A DNA stretch of 33,740 nucleotides from positions 1 to 33,740 of IMG/VR virus record IMGVR_UViG_3300006854_000237. The stretch is one strand, 5' to 3'. Positions 17,656-25,860 of the stretch are shown in pieces (the first letter of the stretch is position 1; the number at the start of each line of letters is the position of its first letter). The notes under the pieces were generated by a model, which was not told the DNA's origin, did no database searches, and saw nothing but the letters and a program-made list of their open reading frames with translations. The position numbers and the translations under genes are program-made. This stretch comes from a virus (lineage: Duplodnaviria; Caudoviricetes).

Positions 17656-18764
17656 GACGCCATCGCGGCCAGCATCGCCTCGACCTTGGCGGCTGGGAGC
17701 CCCATCGCGGTCGCCTGCAAGCGGACGTGCGCCTGCTTGACGTAGGTGACCGTCTTCGCGGCGCGGCCGTTCGCGCCCGGCTGGGCGGCGAGCTGCTGCG
17801 CTTCCTTGACCAGCGTGTCGATCTTCGTGATCGCGTCCATCCGCGTCGCCGCGTCGGTCGCGTGCCGGACCAGCTCGTCGGTCTCGATCAGGATGGCATC
17901 GAGTTTCGCGCCGAGTGGGTTGGCGCGAGCGACGACTTTCTGCGCGGCCGGCGCGGCCTGCTCGGGCACCGACCAGAGGACGTACTGGAGGGGCTCCAAG
18001 TCGATCGGCTCGACGATCGGCGCGCCACGCATGACGGCCGAGGCGCGGGCGATCTTGTCCGCTGAGCGCAAGCGACGATCGGACACCGAGATGCCGGCCT
18101 CGTCGAGATCCGCGAGGATCAGGTCGAGCGTCTCGTACGCCGCCGGGCTCCACTGCTTCCGGCCCGCGAGCTGATTGGCGACGTCGAGATCGGCGAGCGT
18201 GCACACCGGCGCGAGGGCCGGCGGGGCGAACGTGAGGAGCTGGCGACGGAGCCCAGCGCCGAGGTAGTTCACCGTGGCGCGGAGCGTCCAGCGGTCGAGC
18301 ATCGCGGCGTCTTCGGGCCACGTATTCGCCGAGGCGATCGCCGAGACCAGCGGGGTCTTGATCTGCTGCGTCCCGATCAGCGCTTGCCGTTCGGGGCCGA
18401 GCAGGTGGAGCAGCGAGTCTTGAATCGCCGCCGAGGCGCGTCCGATCTCGTCGAGATACAGGACGTGCGCGTCGGCCGCGTAGCCGGCCGTGATGTGCTC
18501 GTACCGATCTTGGCGGAGCGCCGCGATCGAGACCGGCCCCCAGAGGGCCTCGGGGGCGGTGGTGGGCGAGAGGAGCCGCTCGCAGTAGCGCGCGTCGCTG
18601 ATCGCGGCGGCGGCGGTGCGGCAGAGGAGAGACTTCGCGGTGCCCGGCGGGCCGACGAGCAGGACGTGCTCGCGGGCGATCAGGGCGAGCGTGAGGAGCT
18701 GCGCCTCACGGTCGCGGCCGATCAACTGGCCGGCGATGGCGGTTGACAGCGGATGGAGTGACAT
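17652..18764 (-). CDS. MoxR-family AAA+ ATPase (RavA-like)
   Basis: EHVLLVGPPGTAKS (Walker A), VLYLDEI (Walker B), SASAN, AMLDRW (Arg finger), VSDRR (sensor II). Confidence 0.92.
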   Translation of the reverse strand: MSLHPLSTAIAGQLIGRDREAQLLTLALIAREHVLLVGPPGTAKSLLCRTAAAAISDARYCERLLSPTTAPEALWGPVSIAALRQDRYEHITAGYAADAHVLYLDEIGRASAAIQDSLLHLLGPERQALIGTQQIKTPLVSAIASANTWPEDAAMLDRWTLRATVNYLGAGLRRQLLTFAPPALAPVCTLADLDVANQLAGRKQWSPAAYETLDLILADLDEAGISVSDRRLRSADKIARASAVMRGAPIVEPIDLEPLQYVLWSVPEQAAPAAQKVVARANPLGAKLDAILIETDELVRHATDAATRMDAITKIDTLVKEAQQLAAQPGANGRAAKTVTYVKQAHVRLQATAMGLPAAKVEAMLAAMAS

Positions 18765-18785
18765 GGACTCTCACAGGCGGTTGGA

Positions 18786-18815
18786 AGGGCCACGCCCACG
18801 GGCGGGCGTGGCCCT
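18786..18815. repeat. Intergenic 12-bp inverted repeat (hairpin)
   Basis: AGGGCCACGCCC-acgggc-GGGCGTGGCCCT between the 18825 ORF and the AAA gene. Confidence 0.65.
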
Positions 18816-18824
18816 CGTACGGGG

Positions 18825-19082
18825 TTACAGCTTGGTTTCCTTGCGGGTGATGACGCACACCTCGATGTCGCCGCTCATGGCGCGTGCGCGCTTGCCTTTC
18901 GAGAGGAGCGCTTTCTGGCCGAGGTAGTTGACGACGGCGTCGATGTCGATGTGCAGCTCGACCTCGCCGGTGATGGTGGAGAACGGCAGCCGCACCCACG
19001 TCTGCCGCTTCTCGTCGTTCTCGGTCTGCGTCATGCGGGTGCGCTGCGCGGTCATAACGCGCCGAAGGATGCGCTGCTTCAC
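18825..19082 (-). CDS. Hypothetical protein
   Basis: GTGA overlap with the upstream stop; IDIDAVVNYLGQKALLSKGKRARAMSG. Confidence 0.65.
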   Translation of the reverse strand: MKQRILRRVMTAQRTRMTQTENDEKRQTWVRLPFSTITGEVELHIDIDAVVNYLGQKALLSKGKRARAMSGDIEVCVITRKETKL

Positions 19083-19465
19083 TTCGCCCACCGCACGACT
19101 GCGCCCGTGGGCAGGTCCACTTCGACCGGCGAGCGCACGCCGGAGACGACGTCGGAGTCCGCGTCGGGGCGGATGTAGACGCCCGCGAGCACCTGATCCC
19201 CTCGGCCGATCGTGAGGGAGACGGTGCCATCGGGGTAGTGCGTGTAGCCGACCATCGTGCCGCCGTTACTCTCGTGCGAGTGCGTCAGGATCTCGGCCCG
19301 CTTGGTGGCGGTGCGGTCCACCTGACTCGTGCGCTCGATCGGCCCGTTCGGGCTGCGGATGCTCGACGCCACGGTCAGGAAGGCTTCGACCGTGCTCGGC
19401 GGCGTGGGCGCGACGTGCTCGCGACCGGCCGCCTCCTCGACGTCGGTAATGCTTCGGGGTTCCAT
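19079..19465 (-). CDS. Hypothetical protein, first gene of the leftward operon
   Basis: Strong GGAGGT RBS upstream of the ATG. Confidence 0.7.
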   Translation of the reverse strand: MEPRSITDVEEAAGREHVAPTPPSTVEAFLTVASSIRSPNGPIERTSQVDRTATKRAEILTHSHESNGGTMVGYTHYPDGTVSLTIGRGDQVLAGVYIRPDADSDVVSGVRSPVEVDLPTGAVVRWAK

Positions 19466-19489
19466 CGGGTACCTCCACGCTCAAGGTGT

Positions 19490-19701
19490 GAAACGGGACT
19501 GACAGATGCGACGACGCGCCCGGGGATGCTCCGGGGCTCTCGCTCGGGGGGAAGTGCCCGAGGTCGGTGCGTCGAATTGTCAAATAACCGCTTTCCCACC
19601 ACCGGCTCGCTCGCACCGACCGTCTGTCGCGTTGGGGCTCACATCCTTGCCGCGCCGGGCCATCCGCCCGTTTCCCGCCGATCGGCCGCTTCGTCCGGCC
19701 G
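19490..19701 (-). ncRNA. Putative structured 5' leader RNA with boxA-like element
   Basis: Nested inverted repeats: 19490-19497/19667-19674, 19501-19506/19623-19628, 19562-19571/19612-19621, plus local hairpins. Minus-strand GGTTATTTGACAATT lies in the loop. Confidence 0.45.
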
Positions 19702-19706
19702 CCTGA

Positions 19707-19736
19707 ATCCTACCACCGGACACCGTGTCCTGTCAA
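19707..19736 (-). promoter_or_regulatory. Sigma70-type leftward promoter with operator-like palindrome
   Basis: Minus strand TTGACA-18 nt-TAGGAT with extended -10 TGG; the spacer contains palindrome GGACAC-C-GTGTCC (19718-19730). Confidence 0.7.
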
Positions 19737-19966
19737 GTACCGCGTAAGTCTCACGGGCACGGGCACTTGGCTCTTTGGTCCCGCACGGGACTACGCTCGG
19801 GTGAGGTGGTGTTGCGCTATTTTCGGCCCCCACGCACTATGCAGTCGTTAGGGGGGAGATGCCGGGGTGGCAACGGTCCCTGAGTGCCGTTTTGTCGGAG
19901 TCGACCTCGCGGGGAAGACAACGGACACTCCTGCGCCCCCCGTCTTCAGTTTCGAGGAGACATGCG

Positions 19967-20299
19967 ATGGCTGACCGCGATTACCACAAGCTCCCGCCTG
20001 ACGCTAAGCCGTTGCGGGAGCCGCAGTTAGATCCGACCGAGGTGAAGGTGATCGACGCATCGAGCACGTCGGCGATGGACCTCACTGTCGGCGACCAGCC
20101 GGTCAACGTCGAGGGCTGGAAGCCACCCCCGGTCGCGGTCACCGTCAGCGTGGCGGCCGATGGCTCGCTCACGGTCTCGGGCTTCATCGCGCCGCAGCAG
20201 TACGACACGATGGAGCTGGCGGACCGGCTGTTGGCGCGGGACGAGATGCTCGGCCAGCTCCGCGACGAGCTGAATCGGATCTGGAGCATCCCGGCATGA
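19967..20299 (+). CDS. Hypothetical protein
   Basis: GAGGAG RBS before MADRDYHK; ATGA overlap with the next gene. Confidence 0.75.
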   Translation: MADRDYHKLPPDAKPLREPQLDPTEVKVIDASSTSAMDLTVGDQPVNVEGWKPPPVAVTVSVAADGSLTVSGFIAPQQYDTMELADRLLARDEMLGQLRDELNRIWSIPA

Positions 20300-21027
20300 A
20301 GGAGGAGGCGCGCAACTGGCTCGCGCAGCGGATGCGGGAGATCGAGCAGGGTGTGAGCCGCGCGCAGGAGGTGGCCGAGGATGCGTACGCCAAGGCCGAG
20401 GCGGCGCAGAGCGAAGCGCTCGCCATGCGGCGCACGGCGCGGAAGCCGCTGATCGCTGCGCCCGAGGAGGCGTTCTCGGTCGTCCCGACGAAGCTGGTGC
20501 GCGATTGGGTACGCTCCGAGCTGCTGCCCGAAGTGATCCCGAGGCTCTACGACATCGGCATGGGCGTGCAGAAGTTCGACGTACCCACGATGGCCGGCAA
20601 TGTCGTCACCGTCCCCGCGCCCGCCTCGGTGCAGGTGAACGCGATCGCGACGCTGATCGACGTCGGCATGGGCCACAACAAGCACGACGAGACGGGCATG
20701 GACGAGCTACCCGGCGTCTTCGCGCTCGGGGAGCTGGAGCTGGTGGCGGTGCAGGAGCGGAACGAGCAGCTCCGGTCGAGTGGCGGGATACTGGCGTCAG
20801 GGAACGGCTCTCCACCCGAGTTTTCGGAGACCACTGGCGCGACGGTGCCGGAAGGGCACGAGGTCGTCGAGGTCGACGAAGACCCCATGAAGGGCATCGG
20901 GAACGGCACGCACCCGGGCGAGGAGCCGCCGCCGGAGCCGCCGCCTGCCCCGCCCACGCTGGAGCAGCAGATCCTTGCCCGTCGCCGGATGCGGCGCGAC
21001 GTCCGTGGGAACGGTGGCGGCCAGTGA
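20296..21027 (+). CDS. Hypothetical protein, possibly terminase small subunit-like
   Basis: Helical N-terminus; EVIPRLYDIG...VQVNAIATLIDVGMG resembles small-terminase-type motifs; acidic/Pro-rich tail. Function is an inference. Confidence 0.5.
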   Translation: MKEEARNWLAQRMREIEQGVSRAQEVAEDAYAKAEAAQSEALAMRRTARKPLIAAPEEAFSVVPTKLVRDWVRSELLPEVIPRLYDIGMGVQKFDVPTMAGNVVTVPAPASVQVNAIATLIDVGMGHNKHDETGMDELPGVFALGELELVAVQERNEQLRSSGGILASGNGSPPEFSETTGATVPEGHEVVEVDEDPMKGIGNGTHPGEEPPPEPPPAPPTLEQQILARRRMRRDVRGNGGGQ

Positions 21028-21302
21028 CCGTCACCCTCATGCCGGCCAAAGGGCCGCCCTCGCTCCTCGCGGAACTAACGTTCATCGGCCCGCTGTCGAT
21101 CGCCGGTCCGCTCACGTTCGCGCACTGCAACTTCATCGGCCCGACCGAGGTGCTGAACACCGCGCCATTCTTCTCGCACTGCACGTTCCACGGGGATCTC
21201 ATTCTCCCGCCCGACTACGAGCTGCCGGAGTCGAACCATTGCAGCGAAACCATCGTCACCCGAGCGATCTATGACCGGACCTTCCGATCCCACACTGCCT
21301 GA
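21024..21302 (+). CDS. Hypothetical protein
   Basis: GTGA overlap; internal quasi-repeats FAHCNFIG / FSHCTFHG (beta-helix-like). Confidence 0.55.
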   Translation: MTVTLMPAKGPPSLLAELTFIGPLSIAGPLTFAHCNFIGPTEVLNTAPFFSHCTFHGDLILPPDYELPESNHCSETIVTRAIYDRTFRSHTA

Positions 21303-21660
21303 TCCCGCCGACCGGCTCGCCGTCATCGAGCCCATCGAGGTCGATCTCACAAAAGTGCGCGCGGCGGTGCTGCGTGTGGAAAGAACGCACGGCCGAGGGG
21401 TGACGCCTCGGGAGGTCCAGCTCCTCGCGGCAGCGGTGCGGAAGTTCGCGCCCGAGCTGGTGCCGGCGCAGGGCGAGGTGCCGACGATCACGACGCAGCC
21501 GTGCTGCATCTCGTGCGGGACGGCGGTCGCGCATCGGGGCGAGCAGTGCCCGACCTGCCGCGCGAAGACGGACGCGCGCCCCAAGCCGCTGTTTGATCTC
21601 AGCCCGCAGAAGGCTCCGCCGTACGTGCCGGCCACCGAGGAACGAGGAGACGACGAATGA
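21271..21660 (+). CDS. Hypothetical Zn-ribbon protein
   Basis: CISCG...CPTC; ATGA overlap with the peptidase gene. Confidence 0.6.
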   Translation: MTGPSDPTLPDPADRLAVIEPIEVDLTKVRAAVLRVERTHGRGVTPREVQLLAAAVRKFAPELVPAQGEVPTITTQPCCISCGTAVAHRGEQCPTCRAKTDARPKPLFDLSPQKAPPYVPATEERGDDE

Positions 21661-22370
21661 GCCTGTCCCGTCTGAAGCGAATCGACGCCGCGATCCAGAA
21701 GCACGGGCTCGGGCGCAAAGCCTCGCCCGACGCGAACGACCATCGCTACCTGCTGCGGGCCATCACGCCCCCGCCGGTGGTGCTCACGCGCTACTGGTCG
21801 GCCGGCGTCGTGCTCAATCAGGGGCAGACCTCCGAGTGCGTCGCGAACGCATGGACCGGGTTCCTGATGGCCGCGCCGCTCAAGGACACGCTCTCCGCCC
21901 TCGGCGGCGTCGCCTTCGTGCACCAGCTCTACACCGAGGCGCAGGAGCGCGACGAGTGGCCGGGCACGGGCTACGACGGCACCTCGGTGCGCGGCGGCGT
22001 CAAGGCGCTCGTCGACCGCCACCGCGTCGGCGAGTTCCGCTGGGCGTTCGACGCGGAGACCTGCCGGCAGTGGGTGCTCACGCGCGGGCCGCTCGTGTTC
22101 GGCACGGACTGGTATGAGGAGATGTTCGTGCCCGATGCGCGGGCGTACCTGCACGACAAGGGCACCGTGGCCGGCGGCCATGCGTATCTCGTCGTGGGCT
22201 TCTCGCAAAAGCGCTGGGCGTTCCGTATCGTCAACTCGTGGGGGCGCGAGTGGGCCGGCTCCGAGGGCGGCCGCGCGTGGCTCCCGTTCGATGTCGCCGA
22301 CCGGCTGGTGCAGGCACAGGGCGAAGCCTGCTCGGCGATCGAGCTGACTCCACCTCCGGTGATCCCGTGA
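21657..22370 (+). CDS. Papain-like (C1 family) cysteine peptidase
   Basis: LNQGQTSECVANA (Gln, catalytic Cys), GGHAYLVVG (His), IVNSWGREW (Asn). Confidence 0.9.
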   Translation: MSLSRLKRIDAAIQKHGLGRKASPDANDHRYLLRAITPPPVVLTRYWSAGVVLNQGQTSECVANAWTGFLMAAPLKDTLSALGGVAFVHQLYTEAQERDEWPGTGYDGTSVRGGVKALVDRHRVGEFRWAFDAETCRQWVLTRGPLVFGTDWYEEMFVPDARAYLHDKGTVAGGHAYLVVGFSQKRWAFRIVNSWGREWAGSEGGRAWLPFDVADRLVQAQGEACSAIELTPPPVIP

Positions 22371-22558
22371 TGTACAAGTGCAACGGCTGCGGCCGCGAGC
22401 AGCACTACCCCGACGTGCTCAAGTACGACGCGACAGACCAGCGCTGCGGCGGCACGCGCCTCGTGCGGCAGCAACCGAACCATCCGCCTCCGGAGCCGGG
22501 CACGACCGAGCCCTGCCCCGGCACCCTTCAGCCGGTCGAGGAGCGCGAGCCCGAATGA
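22370..22558 (+). CDS. Small Cys-rich hypothetical protein
   Basis: TGATG overlap; MYKCNGCG...RCGG...CPGTL. Confidence 0.6.
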   Translation: MYKCNGCGREQHYPDVLKYDATDQRCGGTRLVRQQPNHPPPEPGTTEPCPGTLQPVEEREPE

Positions 22559-22842
22559 GCGACGACGAGCCGCAGGGCCAAGAGTACCACCGCATCGACC
22601 CGGCCTACTTCGGCGGCGTCGACGAGACCACCGCGCTCTACATCGGGCTCGCCATCAACGGACCACGCGGGCAGCTCGACACGACGCTCGATGTGCTCGA
22701 CTACCCGCAGCTCGTCCTCATGCCGTGCGGCTTCGGCGCGGAGTTCACGCGCGAGACGATGCCGCGCGTGAGCACGCCCTGCTCGTGCGGCAACCCGTCG
22801 CACTGGCTCGTGCTCTACACCTTCACCGACGAGGAAGCCTAA
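22555..22842 (+). CDS. Hypothetical protein
   Basis: ATGA overlap; MPCG...PCSCGNPSHW. Confidence 0.65.
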   Translation: MSDDEPQGQEYHRIDPAYFGGVDETTALYIGLAINGPRGQLDTTLDVLDYPQLVLMPCGFGAEFTRETMPRVSTPCSCGNPSHWLVLYTFTDEEA

Positions 22843-22843
22843 C

Positions 22844-23239
22844 GTGCGCCTTCCCCTCCCGTTGTCGCCCCCGGCCCGTGAGCGCGTGCTCCGCTGCGCG
22901 ATCGGCCTGCTCGTGGTCATCATCCTGCTCGTGTGGGCGGGGCCGCTGCGGGCGCAGGTCGTCGACTCGCTCGCGCACTACTGCCCGCCGGGGAGCACCT
23001 CGCTCGCGGCGTTCAAGGACACCGTCATCGTGGTGCCGACCAACTACCAGCTCTCGCTCAAGCAGTCGATTTACCTGCGGGCGATCCAGTGTGGCTTCGG
23101 TAAGGTCCGCGAGGTGACCAAGATGGCGACGATTCGTTGGTTCAGCAGCGACACCTCGGTCGTGTACGTCACGTTCCGCACGGGCCGGGCAACCGCGCTC
23201 AAGCCGGGGAACGCGACGGTGTTTGCAGTCTACCCGTGA
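22844..23239 (+). CDS. Exported/membrane protein with Ig-like (Big_2-type) domain
   Basis: Hydrophobic IGLLVVIILLVWAG plus LRA signal-like end; IRWFSSDTSVVYV...GRATALKPGNATVFA matches the Big_2 pattern. Confidence 0.65.
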   Translation: MRLPLPLSPPARERVLRCAIGLLVVIILLVWAGPLRAQVVDSLAHYCPPGSTSLAAFKDTVIVVPTNYQLSLKQSIYLRAIQCGFGKVREVTKMATIRWFSSDTSVVYVTFRTGRATALKPGNATVFAVYP

Positions 23240-23343
23240 TCGGGGAGAACGGACGGAAGGGGTCGAGGTGGTCGCTAGTGTATAGCGAGCGTTGAATTGG
23301 TCCTTCGCTCGTCGCACGCTCAGATCGCGGAGGTGGGTAGCTC

Positions 23344-23640
23344 ATGCGGGAGTTCGACGCAGTGCTCGATGCATTCATCGCCGAGGCCATGCAGCCGTTC
23401 GTGCGGCAGGCGGCGCGGGCGCGGCTGCGCGCCACGCTAGCGTCGTTGCCGTGGCGGGTGTACTGGCCGAGCTGGCGGCGCTGGGGCGGGTTCATCGCCG
23501 TGCGGACGGACATCGTGCGCGAGCGCTACGGGCTCACGGTGCCGTTCGGCTGGTGCGCGGTGCGCGACCCGTGGGCGAACCTCACGCTCGTGATGCCGTG
23601 GTGGCTCTATCCCGTGTGGCGGCTCTGGAGGTCGCGATAA
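23344..23640 (+). CDS. Hypothetical Trp-rich protein
   Basis: GGAGGTG upstream; ends immediately before the next ATG. Confidence 0.55.
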   Translation: MREFDAVLDAFIAEAMQPFVRQAARARLRATLASLPWRVYWPSWRRWGGFIAVRTDIVRERYGLTVPFGWCAVRDPWANLTLVMPWWLYPVWRLWRSR

Positions 23641-23856
23641 ATGGCGCAGCTCGTGGATCTCTCGAAGCACGGCGGCCCGGGCGCACAGGATCTGCGCTCC
23701 AAGCAGCTCCGTGCGGTCGTTATGATCCTCGACGCCGGGGTGCAGCTCGGCATCCTCGCGGCGGATCAGACCAACGTGCAGAACGCCCGCGTCCTGCGCG
23801 ATGCCATTACCACGTTCTTCGCGGAGGTCGGCCATGCCGTACAAGTCGACAAGTGA
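23641..23856 (+). CDS. Hypothetical protein
   Basis: GGAGG RBS; good codon usage. Confidence 0.7.
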   Translation: MAQLVDLSKHGGPGAQDLRSKQLRAVVMILDAGVQLGILAADQTNVQNARVLRDAITTFFAEVGHAVQVDK

Positions 23857-24061
23857 GCTGCCGGCGCAGTTCAAGAAGTACAGCAGCCACGGACAGAAGG
23901 CGGCGCAGCAGGCGTTCAACAACGCATACGCGGACAACGACGGCGACGAGAGCAAGGCGTTCGCGATCGCCCACGCTGCCGCGAAGCGCGCCGAGGGGAA
24001 GCGCACCAAGAAGGCGAAGGGGCGCGTGAAGCCGACCCAGCGCTTCAGCGACGAGATATGA
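23834..24061 (+). CDS. chaB: ChaB-family protein
   Basis: MPYKSTSELP...HGQKAAQQAFNNAY...ESKAFAIAHAAAKR; GGAGG RBS. Confidence 0.8.
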   Translation: MPYKSTSELPAQFKKYSSHGQKAAQQAFNNAYADNDGDESKAFAIAHAAAKRAEGKRTKKAKGRVKPTQRFSDEI

Positions 24062-24468
24062 CGCTATTCGAGCAGCACCCCTACAGCTACGAGGCGGCCG
24101 CCCGCGACGGCTACCTCCGCGCCATCGGCGTGCGCGCGCTCGACGGCGATACGATCGAGGCGCTCGTCGACCTCGGCTTCTGGACGTACAGCAGCCAGCA
24201 GCTCCGCCTCGCCGGCATCAACACGCCGGAGCTGGTCGGCACGACGGGCGTGGTGCTCCAGCGCGCGCTCGATGCGAAGGCGTTCACGGCGGCCCACACC
24301 GTCGATAAGCCGTTGCTGCTGCTCACGCATCGCACGCGGGCCGGCGACCCGGTGCGCTCGTTCACGCGGATCGTCGCCGAGGTGTGGTCCATCGTGGAGC
24401 CGGGTGGCATACCGGAGAGCCTCGGGGCCGCATTGATCGCTGCCGGGCTCGCGGACCCGGTACCCTGA
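24058..24468 (+). CDS. Thermonuclease (SNase-like) family protein
   Basis: RALDGDTIEALVDLGF...LRLAGINTPE...FTRIVAEV...LIAAGLA. Confidence 0.85.
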   Translation: MTLFEQHPYSYEAAARDGYLRAIGVRALDGDTIEALVDLGFWTYSSQQLRLAGINTPELVGTTGVVLQRALDAKAFTAAHTVDKPLLLLTHRTRAGDPVRSFTRIVAEVWSIVEPGGIPESLGAALIAAGLADPVP

Positions 24469-24494
24469 TGGACACCCCCTAGAGGAGACGACCG

Positions 24495-25163
24495 ATGGCA
24501 ACGACCAAACGGCGGCCGGCGGGCCGGTACGAGCGCTGGTTCGCGAAGCCGGGCGAGGAAGGCGGCGAGATCGAGGTGCGCGGGCATGTCGTCAATCGGC
24601 GCGCGTCGCTCGTCGACGACGACTACGAGCCCACGCCCGTCGAAGGGCTCGCGCCGGTCGTGGCCGACAGCCATCTCCGGGCGATCGAGGACGCCGCGCG
24701 GCCGGGCGCTCCGCGTGGGCCGTTAGGCGCGTCGTCCACGGTCATCCCCGACCCGAGCGTCGTCAACCGCAACCTCGTGCTGGAAGACGCGGCCGTGCAC
24801 ATCGGGGGCGAGCCGACGATCAACCCGACCGCCGCGTCAGGCAATGCCAGCGCGCCGGCCGCCAACGCGGTCGTGGCCGACTCCGGCGCGCTCGCCGCCG
24901 GCACGTACTACGTCGAGGTCTCGCTCGGCTTCTCGGGCACGCTCGCGGCGGGGAAGCACCTCCAGATCGAGCACCGGAACGCGGCGAACAATGCCACGGT
25001 CAACACGTTAGGCATGTGCCCGGCGGGCGTCTCGACGATCGTCGTGCGCGAGCGCGTGGTCGTTGCGCTCAACGAGCGTATCCGCGTCGTGATCGGCGCG
25101 GTGGCGGCGGCGGCGTCCGAGGTGGCGATCGCCGAGGTGCGCGTCTACAAGCTGGTGCGGTAG
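24495..25163 (+). CDS. Hypothetical protein with beta-rich C-terminal domain (possible virion component)
   Basis: GAGGAG RBS; Ala/Val/Gly-rich beta-strand pattern in the C-terminal half. Confidence 0.65.
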   Translation: MATTKRRPAGRYERWFAKPGEEGGEIEVRGHVVNRRASLVDDDYEPTPVEGLAPVVADSHLRAIEDAARPGAPRGPLGASSTVIPDPSVVNRNLVLEDAAVHIGGEPTINPTAASGNASAPAANAVVADSGALAAGTYYVEVSLGFSGTLAAGKHLQIEHRNAANNATVNTLGMCPAGVSTIVVRERVVVALNERIRVVIGAVAAAASEVAIAEVRVYKLVR

Positions 25164-25165
25164 CC

Positions 25166-25858
25166 GTGCGGCATCTCCGCTATCTCCGCTACGTGCTCCT
25201 GCACAAGTGGTATGTCGCCCTCGCAGGGCTCGTGATCGCGTGGGCGGTGACGCGCGAGCATCGGCTGCGCCTCACATGGCGGCTGCTCGTGCACGATCTC
25301 TCGAAGTTCCGGCCGGACGAGTGGCGGCCGTACGTCGAGATGTTCTATGGCAAGAACCTCCTCGACGACGCGCTCCGGGGCCACGGGCTCGACGTCGTGG
25401 ACGAGGCCGACCCGCGCTATGCGCTGATCCGGCGCGAAGTCGACGAGCAGCGACGCTCGCAGCGCTACGCCTTCAACGTTGCGTGGCTCAAGCACCAGCA
25501 CCGGAATGACCACCACTGGCAGCACTGGCTGCTCAAGCAGGACGAGGGGCCGCTCCTCCAGCTCCTCCCGCCCGCGTACGTCGTGGACGAGATGGTCGCC
25601 GACTGGCTCGGCGCGGGCTCGAAGGTGCTCAAGGGGCCGGCGCTGGTGACCTGCGTGGCGGAGACGGTCGTCTGGTACACGGAGCACCAGCACATCATCC
25701 AGCTTCGGACGCAGGCGCGGGAGCGCGTGGAGTCGATCCTCGTCGCTCTCGCTCGGCGCTACGGGCTCATGGAGTACGCCCAGCAGGTGCAGGGGATCAC
25801 GAACCGCCGGGTCAAGGTGATGGTCCCGGTGCCGCTCCCCGATCACGACACGAGGTAG
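25166..25858 (+). CDS. HD-like metal-binding protein (DUF5662-like)
   Basis: HKWYV...LVHDLSKF...AWLKHQHRNDHHWQHW...EMVADW. Confidence 0.75.
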   Translation: MRHLRYLRYVLLHKWYVALAGLVIAWAVTREHRLRLTWRLLVHDLSKFRPDEWRPYVEMFYGKNLLDDALRGHGLDVVDEADPRYALIRREVDEQRRSQRYAFNVAWLKHQHRNDHHWQHWLLKQDEGPLLQLLPPAYVVDEMVADWLGAGSKVLKGPALVTCVAETVVWYTEHQHIIQLRTQARERVESILVALARRYGLMEYAQQVQGITNRRVKVMVPVPLPDHDTR

Positions 25859-25860
25859 CT

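Noticed and set aside
19578-19583. Second minus-strand TTGACA as a promoter -35
   Set aside because: No plausible -10 at 16-18 nt spacing; it is better explained as part of a boxA-like element.
23272-23288. Short inverted repeat TCGCTA-N5-TAGCGA in an intergenic gap
   Set aside because: Only 6-bp arms, single copy, no U-tract or convincing promoter; insufficient support.
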